Part shown: piece by piece, positions 17,281 to 27,043 of the stretch
Position numbering within the stretch: the first letter of the stretch is position 1
Layout: each line of letters starts with the position of its first letter
Assembly: GCA_021791515.1 (NCBI GenBank)
Contig: JAJYWK010000008.1
Coordinates: forward strand, 1 to 41,050
DNA: 41,050 nucleotides
Direction of reading: 5' to 3'
Source: a bacterium
GTDB taxonomy: Bacteria > Patescibacteriota > Doudnabacteria > UBA920
Notes under the pieces: generated by a model
The model's database searches: none
Seen by the model: the letters and a program-made list of their open reading frames with translations, nothing else
What the model was told of the DNA's origin: nothing
Position numbers and translations under genes: made by a program

Positions 17281-18195
17281 ATGGACGAAAGAACCAAAGA
17301 GCTTGGCAGCCAGCTCAATTCCGCTGCCGATGACGAAACGGAAACAACCGAAGAGGACGATGGCAAGGAAGAAAAAATCGAGAACCAGGAAGAAGAGGAA
17401 GATAAAGAAAAAACCGAAGAAAAAGATCAAAAAGAAAATAAAGAAGACGGGGAAAAAGAAGATGCTTCGGACAATCAGAAAAAAGAAGAAGACGAGGCGG
17501 ATGAAGAAGATCCGGATAAAAACAAAAAGAAGGATAAAACCAAAGAACCTTCCAAAACCGAAAAACAGGACCGCTGGCATGGCAAGAGCCGCGAAGAAGT
17601 AATTAAATCCTACGAAGAACTGGAAAAGCAGGCGCAGGACTCGAAAGAAAAAAAGTCCGAAAGCGCGAACGACACGGAAAAACCCCAGGATCAAAAACAG
17701 AAAAAGGCCGGCGAAGAACTGGAAATTCCGACCGATGAAGAACTGGCCAAAATGACTCCCAAAGGCTTTGCGGAATGGATGATAAATACGGTCGGCAAGA
17801 TGGTGGAAAAAACTTACGACACCAGGGGCAAGGTTAAGGAAGCCGTGTCGGCGGAAATCAGGGAAGCTCAAAAAGAACACCCCCTCCTGAAGACCAACCA
17901 GGAATACCGGGAAATGATACTGGCCCTGGTCGATGCCGCCGCCCAAAAAGGCACGGTCATGCCTCTCAAAGACGCCTGCGCAAAAGTCGACACCATGATT
18001 GGCAGGGTCAAGGGAGACGATAACAAAATTACCGATGAAGACAAAGCCCGCCTGAAAAAGGCGAAGGCTCAAGTCGAGAGAGGAGCGGGCGCTCCGGCCT
18101 CAACTGGCGAAGAGAAAGGGGCGGAACAAAAACGCCTCGAAAATATCTTCGGAACCGGCAGGTCAAAAAGTCCCTTTGGAGGCTTAGGGGTTTAA
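17281..18195 (+). CDS. Capsid scaffolding protein
   Basis: Acidic low-complexity N-half, WHGKSREEVIKSYEELEK motif, directly before the capsid gene. Confidence 0.75.
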   Translation: MDERTKELGSQLNSAADDETETTEEDDGKEEKIENQEEEEDKEKTEEKDQKENKEDGEKEDASDNQKKEEDEADEEDPDKNKKKDKTKEPSKTEKQDRWHGKSREEVIKSYEELEKQAQDSKEKKSESANDTEKPQDQKQKKAGEELEIPTDEELAKMTPKGFAEWMINTVGKMVEKTYDTRGKVKEAVSAEIREAQKEHPLLKTNQEYREMILALVDAAAQKGTVMPLKDACAKVDTMIGRVKGDDNKITDEDKARLKKAKAQVERGAGAPASTGEEKGAEQKRLENIFGTGRSKSPFGGLGV

Positions 18196-18244
18196 CACCC
18201 TTAAAGGTCGGCCTCCGATAATAATTAATTAAAGGAATTTTACA

Positions 18245-19426
18245 ATGCCTTCAGCAAATGGAATTAGAGATGCGGCAAGCCTGGGAGTTACGCGCAAGTA
18301 CGACGTAGCCGACGTAATATCGCTGCTTGATGCCGAGCGCTACCCCCTCCTGGCGATTTTAACCAATGCCGGCAAAGATCCGGCCACCAAACAGGGCAAG
18401 GCCCTAAAGAAAAAAGAAGTGACTGACCCGGAATTCAAATGGTTTGAGGACAAGTTCGGAGCGCGCGAGGACATAGTAGCGGCCAACCAGGCCGGCGCGA
18501 CTTCCCTGCAAGTCACCAACGGCGGCTACTTCAGCATCGGCGACGTGCTGCTTTGCGTCAAAACCGCCCAAGCGACCAACAACCCTATAGGCGAAGTCAT
18601 GCTGGTTACCAACATTAACGTCAACGTCCTGACTATCCAGCGCCAAATTGGCGACGGCACCTCGGGCGGCGGCCTGCTCCAGCAGAACGACGTGATTTGG
18701 ATTATCGGCAACGCCAACGAGGAAGGCGCGAGCGTCCGCGACATCAAAGCTACGGCCGTGGCCGAAGTTATAAACTTCTGCCAGATTTTCCGCACTCCGA
18801 TTGGCCTGACCGAAACGGCCAGAAACACCAAAGGATGGGTAAAGGAAAGCGACTTCGACTACCAGACCAGAAAGAAAGCCATTGAACACCTGGTGGACGT
18901 AGAACGCGCGTTCATGTTCGGCAAGAAAGAAATACTGACTTCAGGACTGACCCACCCCAAGCGTTTTACCGGCGGGATTTTCCCGCGCATTTCCCAGGTA
19001 GTCAGCAATGTTGCCACGAGAGCCGATTTCAACAACTTCCTCCAGGTACTGTTCGCGCACGGCAATTCTGAAAAGTATTTAATGGCCTCGCCATATGCGG
19101 TCAGCAAGATAAATGAATTCGCGATGGACAAACTGCAAGTCTTGCAGGGCGAAAACACTTTCGGCCTGACCGTGATCAAATACCTGTCCCCTTACGGCAC
19201 CCTGAACATCATCAAGCACGATTTGATCACCGGCGACTTGTACGGCAAGAGCGCGGCCGGAATGGATTTGGAGTGCCTGACTTACTGCTATCTGACAAAC
19301 CGCGACACCAAGCTCCTGACCAACCGGCAAAACCCGGGCGAAGATGCCCGCGTGGACGAATACCTTACCGAGTGCGGCCTGCAATTCGAGCAGCCCGAGC
19401 GCCATGCGGTAGTCAAGTTTTCCTGA
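18245..19426 (+). CDS. Major capsid protein (SU10-MCP/DUF5309-like)
   Basis: EFKWFED, GNANEEG, NFCQIFR, HLVDVERAFMFG, RFTGG, YLSPYGTLNII, LTECGLQ. Confidence 0.88.
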   Translation: MPSANGIRDAASLGVTRKYDVADVISLLDAERYPLLAILTNAGKDPATKQGKALKKKEVTDPEFKWFEDKFGAREDIVAANQAGATSLQVTNGGYFSIGDVLLCVKTAQATNNPIGEVMLVTNINVNVLTIQRQIGDGTSGGGLLQQNDVIWIIGNANEEGASVRDIKATAVAEVINFCQIFRTPIGLTETARNTKGWVKESDFDYQTRKKAIEHLVDVERAFMFGKKEILTSGLTHPKRFTGGIFPRISQVVSNVATRADFNNFLQVLFAHGNSEKYLMASPYAVSKINEFAMDKLQVLQGENTFGLTVIKYLSPYGTLNIIKHDLITGDLYGKSAAGMDLECLTYCYLTNRDTKLLTNRQNPGEDARVDEYLTECGLQFEQPERHAVVKFS

Positions 19427-19448
19427 TCGAATTTAATCCGAAGGCCTG

Positions 19449-19484
19449 AGGCCGGGCAGATATATAAGAAGTATTAAGCCCGGC
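19449..19484 (+). other. Stem-loop after the capsid gene
   Basis: ggccgggc-N20-gcccggcc, no U-tract. Confidence 0.45.
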
Positions 19485-19537
19485 CAGGGCTGGACAGCGG
19501 GGCCGGTCGAGCTTCGCCATTAAAGAAACTATTTTTT

Positions 19538-19984
19538 ATGGGACAAAAAAACAACTCCAAAACCCAAGACCCATCCAAAACAAATACAAAAAACACAGAC
19601 AAAAGCAAACGCTACGCCACCCGCTTCGGCCAGCACTACAGCATTGTCAGGGTTCCCAGCGTAACCGAGGTGATTAACGGCATCCCCGTGGTCAAGCCGG
19701 GAAAAACGATTGAGTTCAAAAACGGCATTTATGAAACCAGCGATCCCGCCGAACAGGAATTCCTCGCGACCTCGCCCTACGCCGGCGTGGACTATATGGA
19801 AGTGACCAAAGAGGTAGACAGCGCCTTAAAAGCAAAACTGCTGGCCGAGAAAGAAGCGGAACTGAAAGCGAAGGAAGACGACCTGCGCAGGCGGGAACTG
19901 GAAATTCAAAACCAGGAAGACGGCGGCGATGCGGCAGAAAATAAAAATCAAAGTAAAACCAAAAATAAACAGCCAAAATTTTAA
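19538..19984 (+). CDS. Hypothetical head-associated protein
   Basis: IEFKNGIYETSDPAEQEFL; follows the capsid gene. Confidence 0.6.
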   Translation: MGQKNNSKTQDPSKTNTKNTDKSKRYATRFGQHYSIVRVPSVTEVINGIPVVKPGKTIEFKNGIYETSDPAEQEFLATSPYAGVDYMEVTKEVDSALKAKLLAEKEAELKAKEDDLRRRELEIQNQEDGGDAAENKNQSKTKNKQPKF

Positions 19985-20031
19985 AACAAAAATTTAAAGG
20001 TCGAAAAACCAACCAATAAAGCACAAACGAT

Positions 20032-20325
20032 ATGGCGGTAGAAAGCAGGCCCGCATTTGCCGTAGGCGAAGCGACCGTAGCCGCGGCCGGTACTCCAGTC
20101 CAGCTTCCCGACACCAAAATAGGCCAGGGATGCGAGCTGGTAGTAAAAGCCAAAAAGACCAATCAGGGAAGCCTTAAAGTCGGACAGTCCTCAGCCGAGG
20201 CACTGGCTGGAAAGTTTCTGCTTGATCCGAACGAAGCGGTAAAACTCCGGATAGACAATGCCAGCAAGGTCTGGGTTGACGCGGAAGTCAGCGGGGACAA
20301 GGCCAGCCTGATTGTAGAGCAATAA
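20032..20325 (+). CDS. Small beta-rich virion protein
   Basis: VVKAKKTNQGSLKVG..FLLDPNEAV..KVWVDA. Confidence 0.55.
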   Translation: MAVESRPAFAVGEATVAAAGTPVQLPDTKIGQGCELVVKAKKTNQGSLKVGQSSAEALAGKFLLDPNEAVKLRIDNASKVWVDAEVSGDKASLIVEQ

Positions 20326-20329
20326 CCAT

Positions 20330-20908
20330 ATGGCCGATTTTATTCCAAGTCAGGGGGACTTTAGCTTCCTCCGATTCAAAAAGAGCGGCCGGTACTACGG
20401 TTCGTTCTTTACCGGCGGCGCACAAACTACCCAGTCGATAGCAACGGCGAACTCGTTGCGGGCTTTTCCGTTTTTCGTTCCGAGGCTCGCAAAGTTTGAC
20501 CGCATTGCCATGAGGGTAACCGCAGCCGGAACGGGAACGACTCCGAAATCCCGCTTGGGAATTTACGACGATAACGGCGGCATTTATCCCGGCAAACTGG
20601 TACTGGACGCGGGAGAAGTCAGCGTAAGCGCGACCGGTATAAAAGAACTGGTTATCGACCTGGCATTAAAGACCGGAAAACTTTACTGGCTGGTGCAGAT
20701 CGGCCAGGACACCACATCCCTCACGGTCGGCGCAATTGCGGTTACCGATGTGTTGGCGACAATCCTGGGTTGGGACTCCTCCCTGTCCGGCACTCCTCCG
20801 CTGGGATACGCGGTCAACCAGGCCTACGGCGCACTACCCGCAACCTATCCGGCCGGAGCGGCGGACTGGAACCTGCCGGTGCCCTTCATTGCGCTTCGCA
20901 AAGCCTGA
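20330..20908 (+). CDS. Virion structural protein (beta-sandwich)
   Basis: RLGIYDDNGGIYPGKLVLDAG..LKTGKLYWL. Confidence 0.55.
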   Translation: MADFIPSQGDFSFLRFKKSGRYYGSFFTGGAQTTQSIATANSLRAFPFFVPRLAKFDRIAMRVTAAGTGTTPKSRLGIYDDNGGIYPGKLVLDAGEVSVSATGIKELVIDLALKTGKLYWLVQIGQDTTSLTVGAIAVTDVLATILGWDSSLSGTPPLGYAVNQAYGALPATYPAGAADWNLPVPFIALRKA

Positions 20909-20917
20909 AATTTCTTC

Positions 20918-22558
20918 ATGAACTACATCTCGGAAATTCATACTGCGATTAGCGAAACTGGCGACGATGGCAGAGAGCAGGACAATACGACCTGGAATTC
21001 CAAAGGCAACGCCGGAAACGTGATCACCGTTGGCAACTTAAGCGGCTCGATTTATTCGGCGGGGCTAAGGTTCAGGAATGTTCCAATTCCCAAAGACGCA
21101 AAAATAGTTTTGGCCCGCCTAAGGATCCGCCCCGCTGTAACCGACTCAGCCGATCCGGACATAAAGCTGGTCATTAAGGGAATCAAAGAACCCGACACCA
21201 GACCTTTCACTCAAGCCTCAAGACCGAGCCAGCGGGCCAAGACCGTAAACGTTACTGCCTGGCACATTATAAAAAAATGGGAAGTCCACGAATGGGCGCA
21301 AACGCCGAACATCGCTCTAATTATAGAGGAGATGGTCGCGCAGGACGGCTGGAAAGCAGGCAACTCATTAGGTTTTGAGATTAAGGATAATGGGTCCGCT
21401 TCCGGACAGGCGGAATCGTTATGGGATAAAAGCAAAGGCGACGGCTACCAGGCTGAACTGGACGTATGGTACACAAACAAAGCTGTGGCGATCGGCACCC
21501 TTGCCGGAACCGACCGCGACGGCGTGGAAATTAACAAAGGCATATGGCAATCAAACCCCGCGGGAAACGTGATCGCTTTGGGCAACGATGGCGCATCAAT
21601 AAACGAAGGCGGGTTTATATTCAGCGCCTTAAACATCCCCCGCTACGCAAGCATATTAGGAGCCTGGCTTCTGCTTACCGAAGCCGACCAGAATAACCGG
21701 TTTCCTAATTTGCTCATAAAAGGCTTCGCCGAAGACGATGCTACCCCCTTTGCCTCGGACGGATCAAACCGCCCATCAACGCGTTCAAAAACAAACGCCC
21801 AAATTGAATGGACGATTGGCCATACCGAAGACGGCGTATTCGTGGGCGAGCATTGGTCGGCCAACAGCGTCTATGAATCACCGGACATAAAAGAAATCAT
21901 TCAGGAAATTATTGACCGGGAGGGCTGGACAACATCAAGTAAATTGGGACTGGTTCTGGAAAATTTATCCTCATGGTCGGGCCAGTATAAGCTCCCCTGG
22001 GATTGGATAAAAAATAACGGCGAATTCGCGGCCAAGCTCGTTGTGGCTTGGGACTACATACGGACGGTTGATTCCTCCCAAAAGGACGTGCCCAAATACG
22101 AAAAGGGCAATTATCCGGAATATATAATAGTCCACCACTCGGCGACTCCGCGGGACGGTACCCGTTTTGCCACCATTAAAAATAACCACATAGGCATCGG
22201 CTGGGGCGATATAGCCTACCACCACTGGATAGCGGGCGCTATGGACGGCGATGGAACGCATATGCCGGGCAGGCCGGAAAATAAAATCGGCGCACACACG
22301 GACACCCAAAAAATGAATTATCGTTCCATCGGCATTGCGGTATGCGGCGACTTCCATCCGGCAAGCGGCAACGAACAACCCACGCCCGAGCAACTGGCGA
22401 CCCTGCAAACGCTTCTTGATACGGTCAGGAAAGCAAGAGGTATTCCGAAAGAGCGCGTACTCGGCCACCGGGAAACGCCGGACACGACCAACTGTCCCGG
22501 CGACAACCTGCTTTCTTATATCCAGCAATACCGTGCCACGGGAAAACTTCAACCTTGA
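20918..22558 (+). CDS. Virion protein with two tandem beta-sandwich domains and a C-terminal N-acetylmuramoyl-L-alanine amidase (Amidase_2)
   Basis: Duplicated GLRFxNVxIP..TPNI..EEMV..GW domain; YIIVHHSA, GWGDIAYH, GAH, SIGIAVCG, GHRE, TNCPG. Confidence 0.8.
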   Translation: MNYISEIHTAISETGDDGREQDNTTWNSKGNAGNVITVGNLSGSIYSAGLRFRNVPIPKDAKIVLARLRIRPAVTDSADPDIKLVIKGIKEPDTRPFTQASRPSQRAKTVNVTAWHIIKKWEVHEWAQTPNIALIIEEMVAQDGWKAGNSLGFEIKDNGSASGQAESLWDKSKGDGYQAELDVWYTNKAVAIGTLAGTDRDGVEINKGIWQSNPAGNVIALGNDGASINEGGFIFSALNIPRYASILGAWLLLTEADQNNRFPNLLIKGFAEDDATPFASDGSNRPSTRSKTNAQIEWTIGHTEDGVFVGEHWSANSVYESPDIKEIIQEIIDREGWTTSSKLGLVLENLSSWSGQYKLPWDWIKNNGEFAAKLVVAWDYIRTVDSSQKDVPKYEKGNYPEYIIVHHSATPRDGTRFATIKNNHIGIGWGDIAYHHWIAGAMDGDGTHMPGRPENKIGAHTDTQKMNYRSIGIAVCGDFHPASGNEQPTPEQLATLQTLLDTVRKARGIPKERVLGHRETPDTTNCPGDNLLSYIQQYRATGKLQP

Positions 22559-22562
22559 AACT

Positions 22563-23207
22563 ATGCAACTACAGGAATTCTTACAGGATTTAAACGCCCG
22601 CATGTCGGCTGCCAAAACCACCGGCTTGTGGAGCGAGGCGGATAAAACCAGATGGATCAACAAAGCCGTAGTCCGCGTCTGCAATTTTGCCAAATGGACG
22701 TTCCTCGGACACCACTCCAGCCAGCTTACAGAAAAAGACAAGGAAGCTTATTTTCTACCCTTTGACTACAGGCCGGGAGGAATGATGTTTATAAAAGTCG
22801 GCGGCACGGAATATGGCAAGGTCGGCGTGGAAAATTACCAAAGCGGCAACCACATACTGGATAACGTATTCACCATAATCGGCGACGAGTACCTGCTTGA
22901 CCCGGCTCCCCAGGAGGACGGAAAAATCATTGACCTCTACTACCGCCGCAGGCCGGTGCCTCTAGTAAACCCTACTGACGAACCGATAACGCCGGAAGAA
23001 ATGGACGAGCCTGTAGTAAAAATCGCTCTGGGCGTCTGCCTGAAAAAAGAACCGAACAAAAGCAATGACGGCGACAAGGAAATAATTGAAGCCACCGCCA
23101 TGCTACAGCAAATAAAAGACAGGCAGGACGAAGAAATCGGCGAAGCGGGCTTTACGGGGCAGGCAAACAGTACGCGGTTCATTTATCGAAACAGCAACGA
23201 GCAATAG
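22563..23207 (+). CDS. Head-tail adaptor (putative)
   Basis: TRWINKAVVRVC..W.FL..YFLPFDY..LDPAP..YYRRRP; ATG 22563 follows the previous stop. Confidence 0.65.
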   Translation: MQLQEFLQDLNARMSAAKTTGLWSEADKTRWINKAVVRVCNFAKWTFLGHHSSQLTEKDKEAYFLPFDYRPGGMMFIKVGGTEYGKVGVENYQSGNHILDNVFTIIGDEYLLDPAPQEDGKIIDLYYRRRPVPLVNPTDEPITPEEMDEPVVKIALGVCLKKEPNKSNDGDKEIIEATAMLQQIKDRQDEEIGEAGFTGQANSTRFIYRNSNEQ

Positions 23208-23209
23208 CA

Positions 23210-24652
23210 ATGGCATTAAACGCATACAAGCTGCAAGGTTTTAAATCAGGACTGGCCGATGACGCATACAAGGGCGTGGCTGGATCGTTCCGGTTTGGCT
23301 ACTGCTTGGACATAAGAAGCGGGTCCGACACCTTAAAGTGCAATCAGGCGCTGAAGAAAGATTCCGGCAATGTTGTTACTGATCTAATTTTATTTTTCGT
23401 TCCGGCCGGCAACGGCAAGCTGTATGGCTTTGGAGACACTGGCAGAATTTATCGCAAGGCTTCCATAGCCGACCCGTGGGAACTTGTTTATACGGATCCC
23501 AACGGCAAAATTACCGGCGCGGGCGAATATACGAATAACAACGGATCAGGCAACTATCAACCATACCTTTACTGGGCGACAGAAACTACGCTGAAAAGAA
23601 TTCCTCTCTCCGGCAACTGGAACTCCGACGTCCAGGTCTTCGGCGCGTTAAACGGCGACCCGTCATGGCACACAATGAGCATTGCCGTAGGAGTACTGAT
23701 GATATGCGATGGCGGCTACTTGGGGCTGGTGGACTACGAGGGCAACTTCAACAACCGGGCGCTGGACATTATTCCCGGCAACCGCACCAAATGCCTGCTG
23801 CCTCTGGACCAGACGGCTGTCATAGGCTCGACCAAAGGCGACAAGGTTGAAGAAGGCTGGCTATGGACGTGGGATAAACAACAGCCTTCGTGGATACTAA
23901 AACGCTTGATCGCGGAAAAAGGAGTGAACTGCCTGACTCAGGGAGAATTTATAATCATCCAGGCCGGAATAAATGGAGGAATATATTACTGGGACACCAC
24001 CAACCTGCTGAGGATAAAACAATTTCCCGGCGGCGGCTGGGTAAATCCGGGAGCGGTAACAAACTTTAAAGGACTGCCCCTGCTCGGAGTAACCGGATCG
24101 GACAAGTGCGGAGTGTATTCCTACGGCAGGCTGAATAAAAACGATCCGTATGCCCTAAACCTCGAATACATACCATCGCATGGCAAACTGGATGGAGCTG
24201 AAATCGGGGCGCTGTGCATGTACTGCGACAAACCTTTTGTATCCTGGCGGGACGGCGCAACCTGCGGGATTGACATTTTAGACGACTCGAGCAAAGCGCC
24301 CGCAAGGTACGAAGGACTGGTCTTCGACGGCGGAGAGCCGTTCACGCAAAAAGGCTTCAGGTACATAAAGCTGCTAACCAAGCCGCTTCCGGCCGAATGC
24401 TCCATAGAAGCCTACTACCGGCTGAACGAACAAGGCGACTGGAAACAAGCCTTTATGGAAGACGGCAGCGAAAGCTTTGACAAGGAAGGAAATACCAAGG
24501 CGGTATTCACCATAGAAACCGGCGACGAGGAAGGAGAAGAAAAAGGCAAGGGCGAAACTTATGAGATGGCTTTAAGCTTAAATCCTTCCGGAAACGAAAC
24601 GCCGGAAATCGTGGCCGCCATGACTTATTTTGAAGCGGTGGGAATTTTCTAA
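23210..24652 (+). CDS. Tail nozzle / DNA stabilisation protein (beta-propeller-like, putative)
   Basis: Beta-rich 480 aa after the adaptor; FKSGL N-terminus and QKGFRYIKL near the C-terminus. Confidence 0.55.
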   Translation: MALNAYKLQGFKSGLADDAYKGVAGSFRFGYCLDIRSGSDTLKCNQALKKDSGNVVTDLILFFVPAGNGKLYGFGDTGRIYRKASIADPWELVYTDPNGKITGAGEYTNNNGSGNYQPYLYWATETTLKRIPLSGNWNSDVQVFGALNGDPSWHTMSIAVGVLMICDGGYLGLVDYEGNFNNRALDIIPGNRTKCLLPLDQTAVIGSTKGDKVEEGWLWTWDKQQPSWILKRLIAEKGVNCLTQGEFIIIQAGINGGIYYWDTTNLLRIKQFPGGGWVNPGAVTNFKGLPLLGVTGSDKCGVYSYGRLNKNDPYALNLEYIPSHGKLDGAEIGALCMYCDKPFVSWRDGATCGIDILDDSSKAPARYEGLVFDGGEPFTQKGFRYIKLLTKPLPAECSIEAYYRLNEQGDWKQAFMEDGSESFDKEGNTKAVFTIETGDEEGEEKGKGETYEMALSLNPSGNETPEIVAAMTYFEAVGIF

Positions 24653-24655
24653 AAT

Positions 24656-25885
24656 ATGGTGGAATTAATTAAAAAAATATTTTCCAACAGCGAAATACCC
24701 GACATCCCCTTTCCGGAAATTCCTCCTCATGACCACAACGGGGAGAATTCACCCATGCTCGCACCCTCTTCCGTAGATTCGGCGCAGATAAAAGCGGGCG
24801 CGGTAGTCACAGCATCGCTGGCCGACGACTCGGTAAATTCCGAGAAAATAATCGACGACGCCATACTGACCGAACATATAAACGCGCTGGCGGTAACCCA
24901 GCAAAAACTCGCTGACGCTTCGGTGGCTACCGCAAAAATTCAGAACGGGGCGGTTAATGCAACCAAACTGATCCAAAGCGAAGCCGTCATTACCCTCTCG
25001 GCCCAAATAGCCAGCGCCGTAATCATCTCCGCCCACATCGGCACCGGCGTAATCCAGAACGCGCACCTGGGCAATGCGATTATCTCTACCGCCAAAATTA
25101 TAGACGGGGCTATAGTGAACGCCAAAATTGGCAACGCGGAAATCACCTCCGCAAAAATCGGTGCAGCGGAAGTTAAGAACGGCAATATTGAGAACCTGGC
25201 AGTGACTACTTCCAAAATTGACGAACTGGCAGTGGAGTGGGCAAAGATCGGTGCCTTAGCGGTCGGCAACAGCAAAATAATGGATGCGGCCATAAGCACG
25301 GCCAAAATCCAGGATGAGGCCGTCGGCACGGCGCAAATAGCCAATGCGTCAATCACTAACGCCAAAATAGACAACCTGGCGGTAACAGATGCAAAAATAT
25401 CCTCTCTGACGGCGACCAAGATTACGGCCGGACAATTCAACCTGACAACCACTGGGTACCTGTCCTGCCCTTACGGCGGCATAAAGATCGGCTACCTCCG
25501 CAACATCGGTGGAGTGTCAATTTATGGAATTCAGGCAGGAGCAGGCCACGGACTAATGCTGGATGACGGCGCGAACGGCTACGCCAGAATGTGGATAGAT
25601 ACTTCAGCCAACCGGCCGCTCTGCATAGACACCACGGCCAACGACCGCATATTCTTTAAAGCTTCCAGTGGCAACGACATTATGCGTCTGTACGGAACCA
25701 ATGCCTGGGCGGGCGGGCATGTGGACATTCAGACATCGCTGCGCATCGGTTCGACCCAGCCAAGCAATCCGGTGTCGGGACAAATGTATTACGATCCGGC
25801 GCCAGGAGGCATGGGTTCGGGCGGCAGGCTGATGATTTATAACGGTTACAGCTGGCACGCCACGGCGTGGTTTGATGAAATTTAA
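24656..25885 (+). CDS. Tail fibre with long decapeptide repeat tract
   Basis: HDHNGENS, then about 20 repeats of AI/VxxAKIxxx; distinct C-terminal tip (GQMYYD..LMIYNGYSW). Confidence 0.7.
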   Translation: MVELIKKIFSNSEIPDIPFPEIPPHDHNGENSPMLAPSSVDSAQIKAGAVVTASLADDSVNSEKIIDDAILTEHINALAVTQQKLADASVATAKIQNGAVNATKLIQSEAVITLSAQIASAVIISAHIGTGVIQNAHLGNAIISTAKIIDGAIVNAKIGNAEITSAKIGAAEVKNGNIENLAVTTSKIDELAVEWAKIGALAVGNSKIMDAAISTAKIQDEAVGTAQIANASITNAKIDNLAVTDAKISSLTATKITAGQFNLTTTGYLSCPYGGIKIGYLRNIGGVSIYGIQAGAGHGLMLDDGANGYARMWIDTSANRPLCIDTTANDRIFFKASSGNDIMRLYGTNAWAGGHVDIQTSLRIGSTQPSNPVSGQMYYDPAPGGMGSGGRLMIYNGYSWHATAWFDEI

Positions 25886-25900
25886 AATAAACAAAAACCC

Positions 25901-27043
25901 TTGACCAGGAACAAAACAAAAACTTTTAAATATTTTAGCGCGTTCAGCGGCATCGGGGGTTTTGAAGTCGGGGTACAACAAGCCTATGGAACGATGGGAC
26001 AACTACAACAAAAGGTTCAGCAAACCGCTAGTTGCCGGAACGCTGAAAGCAAGCGGAGCAGATCCCAATGTATTGGTTTTTCGGAAATTGACAAGTATGC
26101 AATCCAAATCTACCGATCGCATTTCCCCACTCATAAAAATTATGGCGACATTACCAAAATTAAAGCCGAAGAACTGCCGGACTTTGAATTCTTCTGCGGC
26201 GGATTCCCGTGCCAGTCTTTTTCGATTGCTGGAAAACGTGCGGGATTTAACGATACCCGAGGTACGCTCTTTTTTGACCTCGCGCGGATTGCTAAAGAAA
26301 AAAGACCGAAATATCTTTTATTTGAAAATGTTAAAGGACTGTTATCTCACGACCGCGGACGAACTTTTAAAACCATACTGTCCGCCCTTACGGAACTTGG
26401 TTATAACCTCCAAGCGATGGTACTTAACAGCAAGAATTTCGGAGTCCCACAGAATCGGGAAAGAGTGTTCATTGTCGGAAATCTTGGAACGGCGGCCAGA
26501 CCGGAAGTATTTCCTTTCACCGGAAAAAACCAGGACGATAATGAAGCAGCTGCGGCTAACGCCATTGACGCCAACTATTTCAAAGGCGCAGACAACCACG
26601 GCCAGCGTACGCAAATTGCCCATACGCCGGCGCTCCGGGCTTCGGACGCAAAGCGCGGTGATAATCAAACGCTAGTGGTGGAAGACTTTTATCCCGGCAG
26701 AATCAGGACATTCAGCAAGGCGCCGACACTGCGAAGCGGCAGGGCGGGAATAAAAATCGGCACGCTAAGGAGCTATAAACACGGACGGGGTTTTCGCGAA
26801 ATCAAGCAGGGCATATCGCCAACGCTGCCCGCCCGCGCGCGGAATGACGGCACAGGCTCGCCCGTGCTTTACCACAAACTGGCCGTTCGCCGCCTGACGC
26901 CCGTAGAGTGCGAAAGGTTGCAGGGCTTCCCGGACGGCTGGACCGGAAACGTAAGCGATACCCAGCGCTACAAAACTTTGGGTAATGCAGTTACGGTTAA
27001 CGTCATAAGAGAAATTATTAAAAGGATAAAGCATTATGTTTAG
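25901..27043 (+). CDS. dcm: DNA (cytosine-5)-methyltransferase
   Basis: FSGIGG, GGFPCQSFS, FENVKG, PQNRERVFIVG, RRLTPVECERLQGFPD, LGNAV. Confidence 0.93.
   Translation: MTRNKTKTFKYFSAFSGIGGFEVGVQQAYGTMGQLQQKVQQTASCRNAESKRSRSQCIGFSEIDKYAIQIYRSHFPTHKNYGDITKIKAEELPDFEFFCGGFPCQSFSIAGKRAGFNDTRGTLFFDLARIAKEKRPKYLLFENVKGLLSHDRGRTFKTILSALTELGYNLQAMVLNSKNFGVPQNRERVFIVGNLGTAARPEVFPFTGKNQDDNEAAAANAIDANYFKGADNHGQRTQIAHTPALRASDAKRGDNQTLVVEDFYPGRIRTFSKAPTLRSGRAGIKIGTLRSYKHGRGFREIKQGISPTLPARARNDGTGSPVLYHKLAVRRLTPVECERLQGFPDGWTGNVSDTQRYKTLGNAVTVNVIREIIKRIKHYV
25962..26675 (+). CDS. Alternative-frame ORF nested in dcm (possible M.EcoHK31I-beta-like subunit); true start uncertain
   Basis: 237 codons open in the +1 frame, containing LTARISESHRIGKECSLSEILERRPDRKYFLSPEK. 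Confidence 0.45.
   Translation: MKSGYNKPMERWDNYNKRFSKPLVAGTLKASGADPNVLVFRKLTSMQSKSTDRISPLIKIMATLPKLKPKNCRTLNSSAADSRASLFRLLENVRDLTIPEVRSFLTSRGLLKKKDRNIFYLKMLKDCYLTTADELLKPYCPPLRNLVITSKRWYLTARISESHRIGKECSLSEILERRPDRKYFLSPEKTRTIMKQLRLTPLTPTISKAQTTTASVRKLPIRRRSGLRTQSAVIIKR

Noticed and set aside
17275-18072. Long antisense and alternative-frame ORFs over the scaffold gene (also 15419-16111, 21971-22741, 28783-29529, 35490-36293)
   Set aside because: Shadows of well-supported genes with biased composition and no recognisable motifs.
24770-25430. Tail-fibre repeats as DGR or DNA tandem repeat
   Set aside because: Periodicity is at protein level with divergent codons; no reverse transcriptase or TR/VR pair seen.
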